Of a stretch of 64,000 nucleotides of DNA, positions 30,674 through 41,091 are shown piece by piece. Position 1 is the stretch's first letter. The number at the start of each line of letters is the position of its first letter. Location of the stretch: positions 1 to 64,000 of the IMG/VR virus record IMGVR_UViG_3300028854_000012, one strand, 5' to 3'. The DNA is from a virus. Made by a program: the position numbers and the translations under genes. Below the pieces are notes generated by a model. It was not told where the DNA came from. It searched no databases and worked only from the letters and a program-made list of their open reading frames with translations.

Positions 30674-31216
30674 ATGAAGATAACCGAATTGAAACAAACA
30701 TCTAAAATTGGTCATGTTTATTTGGACTTAGATGGGGTGATTGCTAATTGTGATCAGGGTATTGTAGATTACAATCATATAACTATGGAACAGCATAAAG
30801 CGGCTGGATGGGATAATGAATACTGGCATAATGTATTAGATAATGCTGATATTAAAGAATTTTATATTAATTTAGAATTTGAACCAAATGGACAAGCATT
30901 GTTAAATTGGTTTATTAGTCATCATATTCCTTTTACTTTTTTAACACGACCATGCAAAGAGCCAAATACACAGGCTTGTATTGAAGGTAAGAAAATTTGG
31001 TTGAAAAGAAATGGATTGGGAGATATTCCTGTTTTATTTGAAAGAGATAAAGAAAAATATGCTGTTTCTTCTAATGGATTACCAAATATTTTAATTGATG
31101 ACCACAGCGGAAATATAAGTAAATGGAATAAAGCTGGCGGTGTTGAAATTTTATATAAATGGGAATTGTTTCCAGATGTTATAAAGAAACTTGAAAAATT
31201 ATTGCTTAATCAATAA
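30674..31216 (+). CDS. HAD-family 5'(3')-deoxyribonucleotidase
   Basis: YLDLDGVIA, K..W, ILIDD motifs; MKITEL N-terminus. Confidence 0.8.
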   Translation: MKITELKQTSKIGHVYLDLDGVIANCDQGIVDYNHITMEQHKAAGWDNEYWHNVLDNADIKEFYINLEFEPNGQALLNWFISHHIPFTFLTRPCKEPNTQACIEGKKIWLKRNGLGDIPVLFERDKEKYAVSSNGLPNILIDDHSGNISKWNKAGGVEILYKWELFPDVIKKLEKLLLNQ

Positions 31217-31224
31217 ATACTAAT

Positions 31225-31563
31225 ATGAAAATAAACGAAGTTATAATTGATAAGAAAGCTATATTGTTCACAGTTAAAAATGCTGTTAAAAATAGCGGTG
31301 CCGTTTTTAATAAAACCAATTCTTTTCAAGTTTTAGGAATCAATTTTTCTGTAGATGTTTCAGACGGAGAACCAAAATTATATATTGGCGATATGTTGTC
31401 CACTTCAAATATTGAAGGTGGAGCAAAAGGACAATGTATAAATTATCTTTATAATATTTTGTTGAGCAAAGAACGTGATAAAGAAGAACCATTGGATTTA
31501 GATGCATCGGTTGCGAATAAATTTTTTAAGCATGTTGAATCTCAAAAGTGGCGAAATAGATGA
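31225..31563 (+). CDS. Hypothetical protein with MKINEV N-terminus
   Basis: Leaderless after TAAATA. Confidence 0.65.
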   Translation: MKINEVIIDKKAILFTVKNAVKNSGAVFNKTNSFQVLGINFSVDVSDGEPKLYIGDMLSTSNIEGGAKGQCINYLYNILLSKERDKEEPLDLDASVANKFFKHVESQKWRNR

Positions 31564-31711
31564 AGTCTATTAAATTAAGCTCTCTTTTCCTGATATAGAC
31601 CGTGGTGAACATTGCCTTTAGGGAGCGGTATGTTAAAAGAAAGTCAGGTGCAGTATAGCCGAGGATTATATTATAATCTTAAAAACTGCCTCGGTAATTA
31701 TAAATAGTAGT

Positions 31712-32290
31712 ATGAAAATAACTGAATTATTGGAAGATTCCTCCGACACTATGACTTTTTGGCATGGTGGGAGGAATTTACAATTTAATCATATGGAAAT
31801 GCTTGGAGCCAAGCATGGCCGATGGGAATATGGGCCGGGGCTTTATTTGACTAATCACTACGAAACTGCAAGAAAATATGCTAAAGGTGGTGGTTCGACA
31901 TATAAAGTTACGGTAGAAAAAGGAACGGATATTAAACAGATTACCATTGATCTTAAAGAAGTTATTGATTTTGTAAAAAGATATGTCATTGGAAAACATC
32001 GTTCTAATATTATTGATGATTTAAAAAACAATCTTAATAAACTTGGGATATTACAATTAGAAGTTTTAGTTAACCTTTGTGTGAACTATGATGCCTTATC
32101 TCCAAAAAATACTGTTGAACTAAGAAAGTTTTTAGTTAATCATGGTGCAGATTATGAAATTGTTCGTGGATATGGTGGAAGAGATGAACATATTGCTATA
32201 ATTTTTAACCCAACTAAAATTAAAAATATTGAGCCAATTAAAGCATCTGATGTTACGTTGGATCAATGGAAACTTCTTATAAACAAATAA
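31712..32290 (+). CDS. ADP-ribosyltransferase-fold protein (putative)
   Basis: TFWHGG…YGPGLYLT…A.KYA…YKV pattern; MKITELLE N-terminus. Confidence 0.6.
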   Translation: MKITELLEDSSDTMTFWHGGRNLQFNHMEMLGAKHGRWEYGPGLYLTNHYETARKYAKGGGSTYKVTVEKGTDIKQITIDLKEVIDFVKRYVIGKHRSNIIDDLKNNLNKLGILQLEVLVNLCVNYDALSPKNTVELRKFLVNHGADYEIVRGYGGRDEHIAIIFNPTKIKNIEPIKASDVTLDQWKLLINK

Positions 32291-32306
32291 TCTTATAAAT
32301 ACTACT

Positions 32307-34823
32307 ATGAGATTGCGACATTTATTTGAGGCATTAACACTACGAAAAGAGCTTGTAATTTATTCGGGTTCTTTTAGTCCGTGGCATCTCGGTCATTCTG
32401 CGGTATATAAATATCTCAATAAAAAATTCCCTCAAGCTGATATTTTTGTTGCATCGTCTTCAAAAAAGACGGTGGATCGTTCATTTTCGTTTGATGATAA
32501 AAAATTTCTTGTCTCTCAAGCTGGAATTCCAGAAGATAAGTTTGTAGAAGTTATCGCTCCTTATAAAGCAAATGAAATCACGAAGAATTATGATCTAAAT
32601 AATACTGTTTTAATTTTTGCTATCAGCAGAAAAGATAAAGATCGTTTGGCTCGTCCAAATAAGAAAAATGGAGAAGCTCCATATTTTTTGCCATATATTA
32701 ATTCTGAAGAATGTGAACCATTTTCTAAACATGGATATTTTATAGTAGTTCCTACCGTTAAGTTTTCATTATTGGGAAAATCAATAAATTCCGCAGCGCA
32801 AATCCGTGAAATGTATAAGAATTCAAATGATAGAACCCGTTTGAAAATATCTAAATCTCTGTATCCTAATTCAAATAAAATTCAAGAAATTAAAGATATT
32901 CTTGATACTATTCTTGTGTCATCAACGCTTATTGAATATTCAGGTGTTGTTTCGGATAAGGTTGATGACGATGGTTGGATTCTCCCAAATGGCGAATTTA
33001 TACCCAATGGTTATCCTACTGGTTATGGTGGACATAGTTCAACGCTTTATAATTATAAAATTAAATCATATGATGAAGCCTACGATAAAGGATGGGTTCA
33101 TTTTATAATTAGGGATAATAACGGGATATTAGATACCGACAATGCAGAGGTAGAAGATAACAAAAATATTGATACTTTTGTTCGTAATAGATTAAAAGAT
33201 TTCCCATATGTGACATTAACTATCTGGCCAAAAAATGACAATGAACGTAAAACAAAAAAATTTGAATGGAATGGTAGATATTTTAATCAAGTTAATAATA
33301 CAAAAGTTTATGAGTCATTAGATAACTATAATACTATTACCAATTTTGGTTGGTTACTCCCCAATGGAACTTTTTTAGAAGGATGGTCACACTCTAAGAT
33401 TCTTAGAAGAGAAGGCTTGAAGGATTATATTGATGCCTATGAATTGGGATGGCTTCATTTTCAATTTGGTAATAATTATAGTAGAAGCGGTAGTATTATT
33501 TCATCTTATGGATTATTTGGAACAAACCAAAGTCTTCAAGTAGTCCAAAAAACAGTAAAAATCGGAGCAAATAGAATATCAAAAAATATTGATAATATCT
33601 ATATTCAATGTTCGGAAGGTATATTTAGATATGATAGAGATTATTTTACATTTAAAAAAGTTAGAAATACTGTTCTTGAATCGATAATTACAGAAAATGA
33701 GAACATTACAAAAGATGGTTGGTTTACTCCTAACGGCAAATTTGTTGAAAATCGTTTTGGTAGTGGGCATTTTGGAACATTGCGTAACGTTGGTATAGAT
33801 TCTTATGATGAAGCCTTTGATTTAGGGTGGGTTCATTTTTCTGGAACTAATAATCCACATGGTGTGTGTAACTTGCAAATAGGAGTTTCTTATTCAGACA
33901 ATATAGAATTTATTAATAATATTGCTAAAAAACTTGAACATAATTTTCCAATTATTAAATTAATAGAAAAATGGTATAAAGTTTTTAATAGATATGAATG
34001 GGATGGAAAAGATTTTAGATCGGTAAATCGTAATAAGTTTAATGAATCAGTTATAACAGAAAACATTAAACAAGATGGTTGGCTTCTTCCATCTGGTCAA
34101 TTTATTCCTAATCCTTATGGGTCTGGACATTGGGACACTTTAAAGAAAAAAGGATTTAAATCTTATAGTGATGCATGGCAACGTGGCTGGATGCATATAT
34201 CATTTTTTAATGATAGTTGTATTATATCAGCATATTCAGAATTGGAAGAAATGGAACCATTGTTAACAAAAATTGCAAAACAAACAGAAAAGGTTTATCC
34301 AATTATACGAGTTGATTGTGGCTCTGGACGTAATTATAAGAAATATGAATGGACAGGAAAAGAATTTGTTCCTATTAAAATAAAAATGTTTAATGAATCA
34401 CCAGATTTCAATTATTCGATGTTTCATAATCGAGATAAAGAATTAAAAAATGTTAAATTTAACTGTGTTGTTACTCGTAATAGTGGTGGTGGAACTTATT
34501 TAGAAGTTATGGCAATGCTGGATTTAGAACAAATTGGTTATATACATATTTTATATGATAAAACAGCTTTCAATTATTCAATTGGTATGGTTAGGAGAAG
34601 TGATATTGAATATGAATGGAAGGGAACCGGTCTTGGACAAATGTTATATGATAAAGCAATTCATTATGCAAAAGAAAAAGGTTGTAAATATTTATGGTCA
34701 GATACAGAACGATCAGTAAATGCAGAAAATGCTTGGAAAAGATTATCGAAGAGATACCCAATAACTTTTGTAACAAGCAAATCAGGAATGAAATATTATC
34801 AAGTTGATTTGGACAAAATATAA
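32307..34823 (+). CDS. Multidomain protein: HxGH nucleotidyltransferase + 4 copies of a GWxxPxG…H…GWxH domain + GNAT
   Basis: GSFSPWHLGH; four repeats; WKGTGLGQMLY acetyl-CoA motif. Confidence 0.8.
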   Translation: MRLRHLFEALTLRKELVIYSGSFSPWHLGHSAVYKYLNKKFPQADIFVASSSKKTVDRSFSFDDKKFLVSQAGIPEDKFVEVIAPYKANEITKNYDLNNTVLIFAISRKDKDRLARPNKKNGEAPYFLPYINSEECEPFSKHGYFIVVPTVKFSLLGKSINSAAQIREMYKNSNDRTRLKISKSLYPNSNKIQEIKDILDTILVSSTLIEYSGVVSDKVDDDGWILPNGEFIPNGYPTGYGGHSSTLYNYKIKSYDEAYDKGWVHFIIRDNNGILDTDNAEVEDNKNIDTFVRNRLKDFPYVTLTIWPKNDNERKTKKFEWNGRYFNQVNNTKVYESLDNYNTITNFGWLLPNGTFLEGWSHSKILRREGLKDYIDAYELGWLHFQFGNNYSRSGSIISSYGLFGTNQSLQVVQKTVKIGANRISKNIDNIYIQCSEGIFRYDRDYFTFKKVRNTVLESIITENENITKDGWFTPNGKFVENRFGSGHFGTLRNVGIDSYDEAFDLGWVHFSGTNNPHGVCNLQIGVSYSDNIEFINNIAKKLEHNFPIIKLIEKWYKVFNRYEWDGKDFRSVNRNKFNESVITENIKQDGWLLPSGQFIPNPYGSGHWDTLKKKGFKSYSDAWQRGWMHISFFNDSCIISAYSELEEMEPLLTKIAKQTEKVYPIIRVDCGSGRNYKKYEWTGKEFVPIKIKMFNESPDFNYSMFHNRDKELKNVKFNCVVTRNSGGGTYLEVMAMLDLEQIGYIHILYDKTAFNYSIGMVRRSDIEYEWKGTGLGQMLYDKAIHYAKEKGCKYLWSDTERSVNAENAWKRLSKRYPITFVTSKSGMKYYQVDLDKI

Positions 34824-37528
34824 TGATTATTGAAAATTTTATAAATGAATTATATAACGATAAGCCACTTAAAAATGCTCTTGTAGCATTGAAGCCAGAA
34901 ATTGTGCGAAGAGTTCAACGGGAATATGATAAGTGGAGAGGTGGAATGGGTATTTGTGATTATATTGCACGGACGATTCGTTATGTCATAGAAGAAGATA
35001 TTCCAGATGCAAAAGTAAGTATTATAGATAAAGAAAGTTTTCATTATTGGGTAAGAGTGTGGTTAGGAAAAGAATGTTACGATGTTGATATTCCATTCGG
35101 AAAATATGAAAGATATAACTATAAAAATGATAAATTTATAAAAATACCAAATGTAGTATTTAATATTCATGATATTTTCATTTATCGAACCTCCACATCA
35201 TTTTTAAAAGCACCATGGGAAATAAAAAAATCATACGTTCCACACAAAGATGATCAGTATTATCATTTAAATGATCATTTACTTGTTAAAGAATCTCCAG
35301 ATTTTAATTATACAAGATTTAATAACAGAGATGAAGCTATTAAGAAAATAAAATTTAAAGAAGTTGAGAGTAATTATCTTGGAGAATATTGTAATATTAC
35401 TGCTTTTTATAAAAATGATGATGTGGGGGTTATAAATTTATTTAAATATAAACCAGATTCAGAAGTAATAGTTGAATCTATAGAAATTAAACCACGTTGG
35501 AAAGGGACAGGATTGGGGCAGTTGTTATATGAAAAGGGTATAGCATACGCAAAGAAAAATGGTTTTGAAAATTTCTGTTCAGATACAAATAGGTCAGATG
35601 AAGCAAATAAAGCGTGGCAAAGATTGTCTCAACGATATCCAGTGAGATTACTGAAAATAAAAATTAGGGGAGCGATGAAAAATCGTTATGAGATTGATCT
35701 TAGTAAAGTTCCTTTAAAAGAATCAATAATATTTGAAGAGCCGGATTTTGGATATAAAACCTTCAACAACAGAGACGAGGAATTAGAACAATTAAAATTT
35801 AGATATGAGGTTAAAGCATCATTAATAGCTATCACAATTTATAAAAATTCTGATGATAGTATTAATCAACAATATCCATTAGGAGTTATTGAAGCTATAA
35901 AAGATTCTTTATGTATTACAATTGAAGGGGAAGATCAATCTAAAGTTAATTCGTGGTTTATTACCGTTGCTAGTATACCAAATGATTGGAGAGGAACTGG
36001 TTTAGGACAGATATTATATGAAAAAATGATTATTGCGGTTAGAAGTGTTGGTGGAAAATATTTATGGAGTGATGTTAGCTTAAATAAAAATTCAAGGTCT
36101 GCTTGGGAAAGACTTTCCAAAAGATTTACAGTATTAAAAATTAAAAATAGATATAGAATGACTATACCAGAAAAACAAAAAAGATTGAGAATTAAAGAAT
36201 CGCCAGATTATGGGTATAAAATCTTCAACAACAGAGAAGAAGAAATTTCTAAACTGAAATGGGTTGTTATTCATAATGAAGATGGAATTATTGTAAAAGC
36301 AGTTGAAGAGAATAGATATAATAGACCAAGTGGTGATAGTATATATGGAAATTATGAAGGTTTGATAGTTGCAAGACCTATTCCAAAAGATGCAACAATT
36401 GGAAAAGGAATTCAAATAACTTTAAGTAAATTACATAATACACAAACAAAAACTTGGCAAAGCACCGGTTTGGGTCAAATGCTATATGATCGGATTATTC
36501 AAGAAGCTAAGAAAGCTGGTTATGATTTTATAACTAGTGATTTCGATAGATCATTAGATGCCAATAAAGCATGGAAGAAAATATGTCAACGATATAATGT
36601 AACAAAAGTAAAAGCATTTGATGGTGATAAGTATTTTAGAATAGATTTGGAAGATGTTCCAAATAAAATAAATGAAGATATCGGTAATATTGTAAAAACA
36701 AAATCATTATATTATGGAAGTGCGGCGCGTCCAAAAACAAAAACAGAGTTGCTTATCAACAACAGGGTTAAAGGAGAGATTTATTTAAGTTCACCTATGG
36801 ATTTTGATAACGATGATTTGGACTGGTCATTTGATGTTCCTATTGAAAAAACAGAAATGATAACCTACGTTGATATTGATCCTATCTATCGTAATAGAGG
36901 TTATGGAAAATTATTATATAATGCTGCTATGAAGAATGCAAAACAACGCGGAATAAAAATAATTATAAGTGGTATGCCACAATCATCAGATGCATTACGG
37001 GTATGGAATAGTTTAGCTAGAGAAGGAAAAGTTAAGAAGAATCATGATTGGGGAATGTATATCGATTTAGAGAATATTTCAGATAAAATAAATGAATCAC
37101 CAGATTTTGGTTATCAACAGTTTAATAATAGGGATGTTGATTTTAAAAAAATTAAATTTGAAACTGAAATGAATGCAACTGGGTTTTTTATTTTTTCATA
37201 TTTTGATGGTCGTGATGCCGGTCATATTGGATGCACTATTAGAGAAAAACTTTTTCCGCCACCAAAAACATATAAAGTCAGTCAATTAGTTATAATACAG
37301 AGTGTTGATACAGAAAAAGAATGGAGAGGAACAGGTTTAGGACAAACTCTTTATGATATGGCAATTAAGAAAACTAAAGAACTTGGATATAAATATTTTA
37401 GAAGTGACATTTCATTATCAAATGATGCATTTAATGCTTGGAAAAAATTATCACAAAGATATCCTGTTACAAAATATTTAACAAGTTTAGGAAAACCATA
37501 TTTTGAAATTGATTTAGAGAATATTTAA
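34823..37528 (+). CDS. Multidomain protein: possible Cys-His-Asp (papain/TGase-like) domain + 5 GNAT acetyltransferase domains
   Basis: G.C…HYW…DVD; five W(K/R/Q)xxGLG/YRNRGYG motifs each followed by S…A..(A/V)W. Confidence 0.8.
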   Translation: MIIENFINELYNDKPLKNALVALKPEIVRRVQREYDKWRGGMGICDYIARTIRYVIEEDIPDAKVSIIDKESFHYWVRVWLGKECYDVDIPFGKYERYNYKNDKFIKIPNVVFNIHDIFIYRTSTSFLKAPWEIKKSYVPHKDDQYYHLNDHLLVKESPDFNYTRFNNRDEAIKKIKFKEVESNYLGEYCNITAFYKNDDVGVINLFKYKPDSEVIVESIEIKPRWKGTGLGQLLYEKGIAYAKKNGFENFCSDTNRSDEANKAWQRLSQRYPVRLLKIKIRGAMKNRYEIDLSKVPLKESIIFEEPDFGYKTFNNRDEELEQLKFRYEVKASLIAITIYKNSDDSINQQYPLGVIEAIKDSLCITIEGEDQSKVNSWFITVASIPNDWRGTGLGQILYEKMIIAVRSVGGKYLWSDVSLNKNSRSAWERLSKRFTVLKIKNRYRMTIPEKQKRLRIKESPDYGYKIFNNREEEISKLKWVVIHNEDGIIVKAVEENRYNRPSGDSIYGNYEGLIVARPIPKDATIGKGIQITLSKLHNTQTKTWQSTGLGQMLYDRIIQEAKKAGYDFITSDFDRSLDANKAWKKICQRYNVTKVKAFDGDKYFRIDLEDVPNKINEDIGNIVKTKSLYYGSAARPKTKTELLINNRVKGEIYLSSPMDFDNDDLDWSFDVPIEKTEMITYVDIDPIYRNRGYGKLLYNAAMKNAKQRGIKIIISGMPQSSDALRVWNSLAREGKVKKNHDWGMYIDLENISDKINESPDFGYQQFNNRDVDFKKIKFETEMNATGFFIFSYFDGRDAGHIGCTIREKLFPPPKTYKVSQLVIIQSVDTEKEWRGTGLGQTLYDMAIKKTKELGYKYFRSDISLSNDAFNAWKKLSQRYPVTKYLTSLGKPYFEIDLENI

Positions 37529-37539
37529 AGAGGTATAAT

Positions 37540-37973
37540 ATGCAAAATTTAGAAATGATAATGAAAATAGCATCTGCAACGCTTTTTAGTTTTTATCTTA
37601 AAAGTCATATGATACATTTTAATATTATTGGACCAAATTTTTTCAATATCATAAACTCACGGATGAAATCTGGAAAGATACTATTGAAGAATTTGATGGA
37701 ATTTCTGAACAGATTAGAGCATTGGATATTATTGCTCCCGCATCATTATCAGAATTTCAAGAATTATCTCAAATTGAAGATATGATAAAACCGATAGAGG
37801 CAAAAGCAATGCTTTATGAACTTCTTCTTGATAATGAAAAATTAATAGAGCTTCTTAAAGAAGCAAACTCATTATCTGTTCCACACCCCGGACTTGGTAA
37901 TTTTTTACAATCTTTGATTGATAAACATGAAAAAATAGGATGGTTCCTTCGTGTAACAGTAAAAGGAATTTAA
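37540..37973 (+). pseudogene. dps: Dps/ferritin-like protein split by a -1 frameshift near 37640
   Basis: YLKSHMIHFNIIGPNFF in one frame continues as QYHKLTDEIWK…DGISEQIRALD…HEKIGWFL in the -1 frame; break in AAATTTTTTC. Confidence 0.75.
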
Positions 37974-37975
37974 AA

Positions 37976-38713
37976 ATGAAAATTAAAGAGCTTCTCCAAG
38001 AATCAACCATACCACAGAATGTAATTACTATTCTTCGAGAATTGATGCCTGTTTTGAAACCGGGATTATCAACACCATTAATTAAAATAGTAAATCATAT
38101 AAATCCAAAATATTTAGGTATGGATAGTTGGGGTTATAGAATTAAAGGTGGAGTTGAATCCTGTGATACATTTACTACCATATATCTTCAAAAATATATT
38201 CTTACAGATGAAAAAACATTAAAGAGGGTTTTAGCGCATGAGCTTTGCCATCATGAAATTTCACTTACAATAGATACTGAACGATTTAATATATTGGGAT
38301 TTAAAAGATATATGTCTTATTGTAAATCCCATAGAAATGAAAGTCATGGAAAAGATTGGAAGGAAGTTGCAAATAGATTTAATGCAATATATGGAAAAGA
38401 TTTTGTAACTAAAAACTCAGATATAGATTATATTTTAGATACTTCTCTTATGAAACCTTTTTATGTTGTATTACAAGATTATAAAGGAAGAAAATGGTTT
38501 GCAAGCACTGTTAGGTTTGGAGATAAACAGAAACAATATTTATCAAGACAATATTCTCCTTGGAAAATGTTTAAAACTAATGATCGATCTTTTATGACAA
38601 AATATTTTGGTGTTGGGTGGTGTAAAGCCCCACAAACTCATATAGAAGATAAATGGGATGATCTTTGGAAGAGCGGCGAAGTCATATTATCTGGAAATTT
38701 GGATAAAGAATAA
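37976..38713 (+). CDS. SprT-like zinc metalloprotease
   Basis: LAHELCH…HGKDW; MKIKELLQES N-terminus; ATG 37976. Confidence 0.75.
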   Translation: MKIKELLQESTIPQNVITILRELMPVLKPGLSTPLIKIVNHINPKYLGMDSWGYRIKGGVESCDTFTTIYLQKYILTDEKTLKRVLAHELCHHEISLTIDTERFNILGFKRYMSYCKSHRNESHGKDWKEVANRFNAIYGKDFVTKNSDIDYILDTSLMKPFYVVLQDYKGRKWFASTVRFGDKQKQYLSRQYSPWKMFKTNDRSFMTKYFGVGWCKAPQTHIEDKWDDLWKSGEVILSGNLDKE

Positions 38714-38731
38714 ATATAGTATAGGTGAGTT

Positions 38732-39232
38732 ATGAAAATTTCTGAACTTTTAAAAGAGACTGCCTCTTGTGGTTCAACAAGTGCAGGTTCAATTGCGACT
38801 GTTAATGCAACAGGAACTCCACCCAAAGGTCAATTCTTTGGAGGAGACCCATCTAGTTCAATTTATGGAGTTATACATAAAAATAGAAAAAACAGAAAGA
38901 AACCAATTAAAGAAGGTTTAACTAAAAATTCGCGTGGGACATATCTTTTTATATATAATCCTGATGTTGGTTTGTTTATTCGTAAAGGAGAATTTTCTAA
39001 TCATGGTAGATTATTTGGAAAAGTATTTGATAGAGTATATCCAAAAATACAATTTGATGAATTTGATCGCGGTTATATAGTAGTTTCTATCGATGATAAG
39101 AGTTTACTAATAATGCCAACAAGTGCTCGTGAATATTTTGATTATGACATAGAAAAAATATTTGAAAATAAATATTCTAAGAAATATAAAATAAAAATGT
39201 CGAATCGTTTTAGAAGTTATTATTTAAATTAG
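38732..39232 (+). CDS. Hypothetical protein (MKISELLKE-TAS…; C-terminal domain paralogous to next ORF)
   Basis: Shared IY..D.GL..R.G…H…FD.FDRGYI…MPT..REYF.YD. Confidence 0.7.
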   Translation: MKISELLKETASCGSTSAGSIATVNATGTPPKGQFFGGDPSSSIYGVIHKNRKNRKKPIKEGLTKNSRGTYLFIYNPDVGLFIRKGEFSNHGRLFGKVFDRVYPKIQFDEFDRGYIVVSIDDKSLLIMPTSAREYFDYDIEKIFENKYSKKYKIKMSNRFRSYYLN

Positions 39233-39239
39233 AGGTAAT

Positions 39240-39905
39240 ATGAAGATAAAAGATATAATTCGTGAAAGTGTCGATATTGGGAAGGGTGTCCCTCCAGAAG
39301 AATCAAAAAAATTCACAACATTTTTGTGGATATATCATCGAGATACTGGATTAGTTGTTCGTAGAGGACGATATGCAATGCATTCCACTATATTTTACGA
39401 TATGATTCGTGATTGGCGTATGCGTTTTGATGATTTTGATCGAGGTTATATAAAACTTGATCCAAAAACTAAAACAATGTATGTAATGCCCACCGATCCA
39501 CGAGAATATTTTGTGTATGATGTTAAAAAAGTATTTGAAAAAGAATTTCCAAAATGGCATATCGAATTATTTGAAAAATGTAAATATGCCTTTAATCCCG
39601 GAAACAGATTACGCGATTCTGTTAAAGAAGCAATAAAAGAAACAATATACCTAATTCAATATAAACTTCGTTTCTACACACCAGAAGATATACCGGATAT
39701 TAAAATACAAGTATTAAATAGATTTAAGGAAACGATTGAAAGGGAAAGTTATCGAAAGAATATGATAGTTAATACAGAAATTAAAGATGAGATAGTATAC
39801 GTAAAATCATCTTATGAAGGTTATAAAATAGAATTACCAAAAGTATTATCTAATAAAAATACAATTAAAGATTTTAAAGTAACATCGGTGGCAAATGAAA
39901 AATAA
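39240..39905 (+). CDS. Hypothetical protein (MKIKDIIRE-S)
   Basis: Paralogous domain as above. Confidence 0.7.
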   Translation: MKIKDIIRESVDIGKGVPPEESKKFTTFLWIYHRDTGLVVRRGRYAMHSTIFYDMIRDWRMRFDDFDRGYIKLDPKTKTMYVMPTDPREYFVYDVKKVFEKEFPKWHIELFEKCKYAFNPGNRLRDSVKEAIKETIYLIQYKLRFYTPEDIPDIKIQVLNRFKETIERESYRKNMIVNTEIKDEIVYVKSSYEGYKIELPKVLSNKNTIKDFKVTSVANEK

Positions 39906-41091
39906 AACAATAATTGGATCGACCAAACCGTTTCGTGAACCGGGTGTCTTAAAGGCAACTGACAAAGTTAAATCAGTTGGAAAGGTTCTTGGTGGTAATC
40001 CAAAAAAAGGAACATTGAGTAAGAAATTTTTTGGTTGTTCAGTTATTAAAGATATGAGTAATAAAAAAATATTGGATGAAGAAATTAATTCGTTTTCTAA
40101 ATTACATGAGCTAAATGATCATGAAGGTGCAGCTTTAATATTACAGAATAAAGAAGTTTTTATTGGAATATGGCATGCAGAATTAAGAAAAGAAGCAAGT
40201 ATACAATATGGTTATAAAATGGCATCTCTTTCAAACGGCGCAATTAGAGTTAGATATACTGGTAGTGTTGAAGGGTATGGTGATGGAACAGTTATAGAAT
40301 TTGAAAAGAAAGATATTAAAGTAATTTCAAATATTATAGAAGTTATAGATAATATTAATTCTCCGGCTGATATGTTTTTATTGGAATATACCGGGCCATT
40401 GGGTTATTGGTCTGCTAAAGGAAATTCATCAGAAGTAATAGAAAAATTAGAAAAATGGGGAAATCCAGATAAACCATCTATGTCTACTAGTGTATCATAT
40501 TGGCATAATTCTAATTTAGATGAATCAAAAGATAAAATTTTAGAATATAATTACAATAATGATACACCAACACCAATGATTGGTGGTTTAGAACTTTTAA
40601 AACAAATTAATATACGAAATAGTGCAGCATTAATATCGGCGGATAACAATGTTTATTTGGGAGATGAACATTATTTACTACGAAGATATTTTAGAAGCGT
40701 TGGTATTAATCCCGAACTTCAAACTGGTGTAGTTAGAATTAGATTCGAAGGAACCGAAGGATTTTATAATACAACTATTGAATTTGCTAAAAAAGATACA
40801 GAAACAATTCAGCGCGTGTTTACAGCATTGGATTATGTTGCTGCACCAAATGGAACATATGTAGTTGAATATACTATGTCAAATGTAAGAAAGGATTTTA
40901 GGGGAACATCTGAAGAAATAAAAAAAGAAATAGAAAAATGGTTAAATCCAGTAGCGCCATCTTATAGTAGTAATATGAATTATTGGAGAACACAGGAATC
41001 TAAAAAATCTCTCGGTAGATTATTGGATGAAGCAAAACAAAAAAGAGAATTAACAAAAAGATTGCAGGAAGAATTTGGTAAATTTGTATGA
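39895..41091 (+). CDS. Hypothetical protein with two tandem homologous domains
   Basis: AALI…V..G..H..LR…G..R.R..G…IEF.KKD twice, linker NLDESKDKILEY. Confidence 0.7.
   Translation: MKNKTIIGSTKPFREPGVLKATDKVKSVGKVLGGNPKKGTLSKKFFGCSVIKDMSNKKILDEEINSFSKLHELNDHEGAALILQNKEVFIGIWHAELRKEASIQYGYKMASLSNGAIRVRYTGSVEGYGDGTVIEFEKKDIKVISNIIEVIDNINSPADMFLLEYTGPLGYWSAKGNSSEVIEKLEKWGNPDKPSMSTSVSYWHNSNLDESKDKILEYNYNNDTPTPMIGGLELLKQINIRNSAALISADNNVYLGDEHYLLRRYFRSVGINPELQTGVVRIRFEGTEGFYNTTIEFAKKDTETIQRVFTALDYVAAPNGTYVVEYTMSNVRKDFRGTSEEIKKEIEKWLNPVAPSYSSNMNYWRTQESKKSLGRLLDEAKQKRELTKRLQEEFGKFV

Noticed and set aside
31564-31700. Intergenic hairpins (CCGAGG…CCTCGG, CCTGA…TCAGG) as an sRNA
   Set aside because: Single copy, short stems, no promoter or covariation evidence
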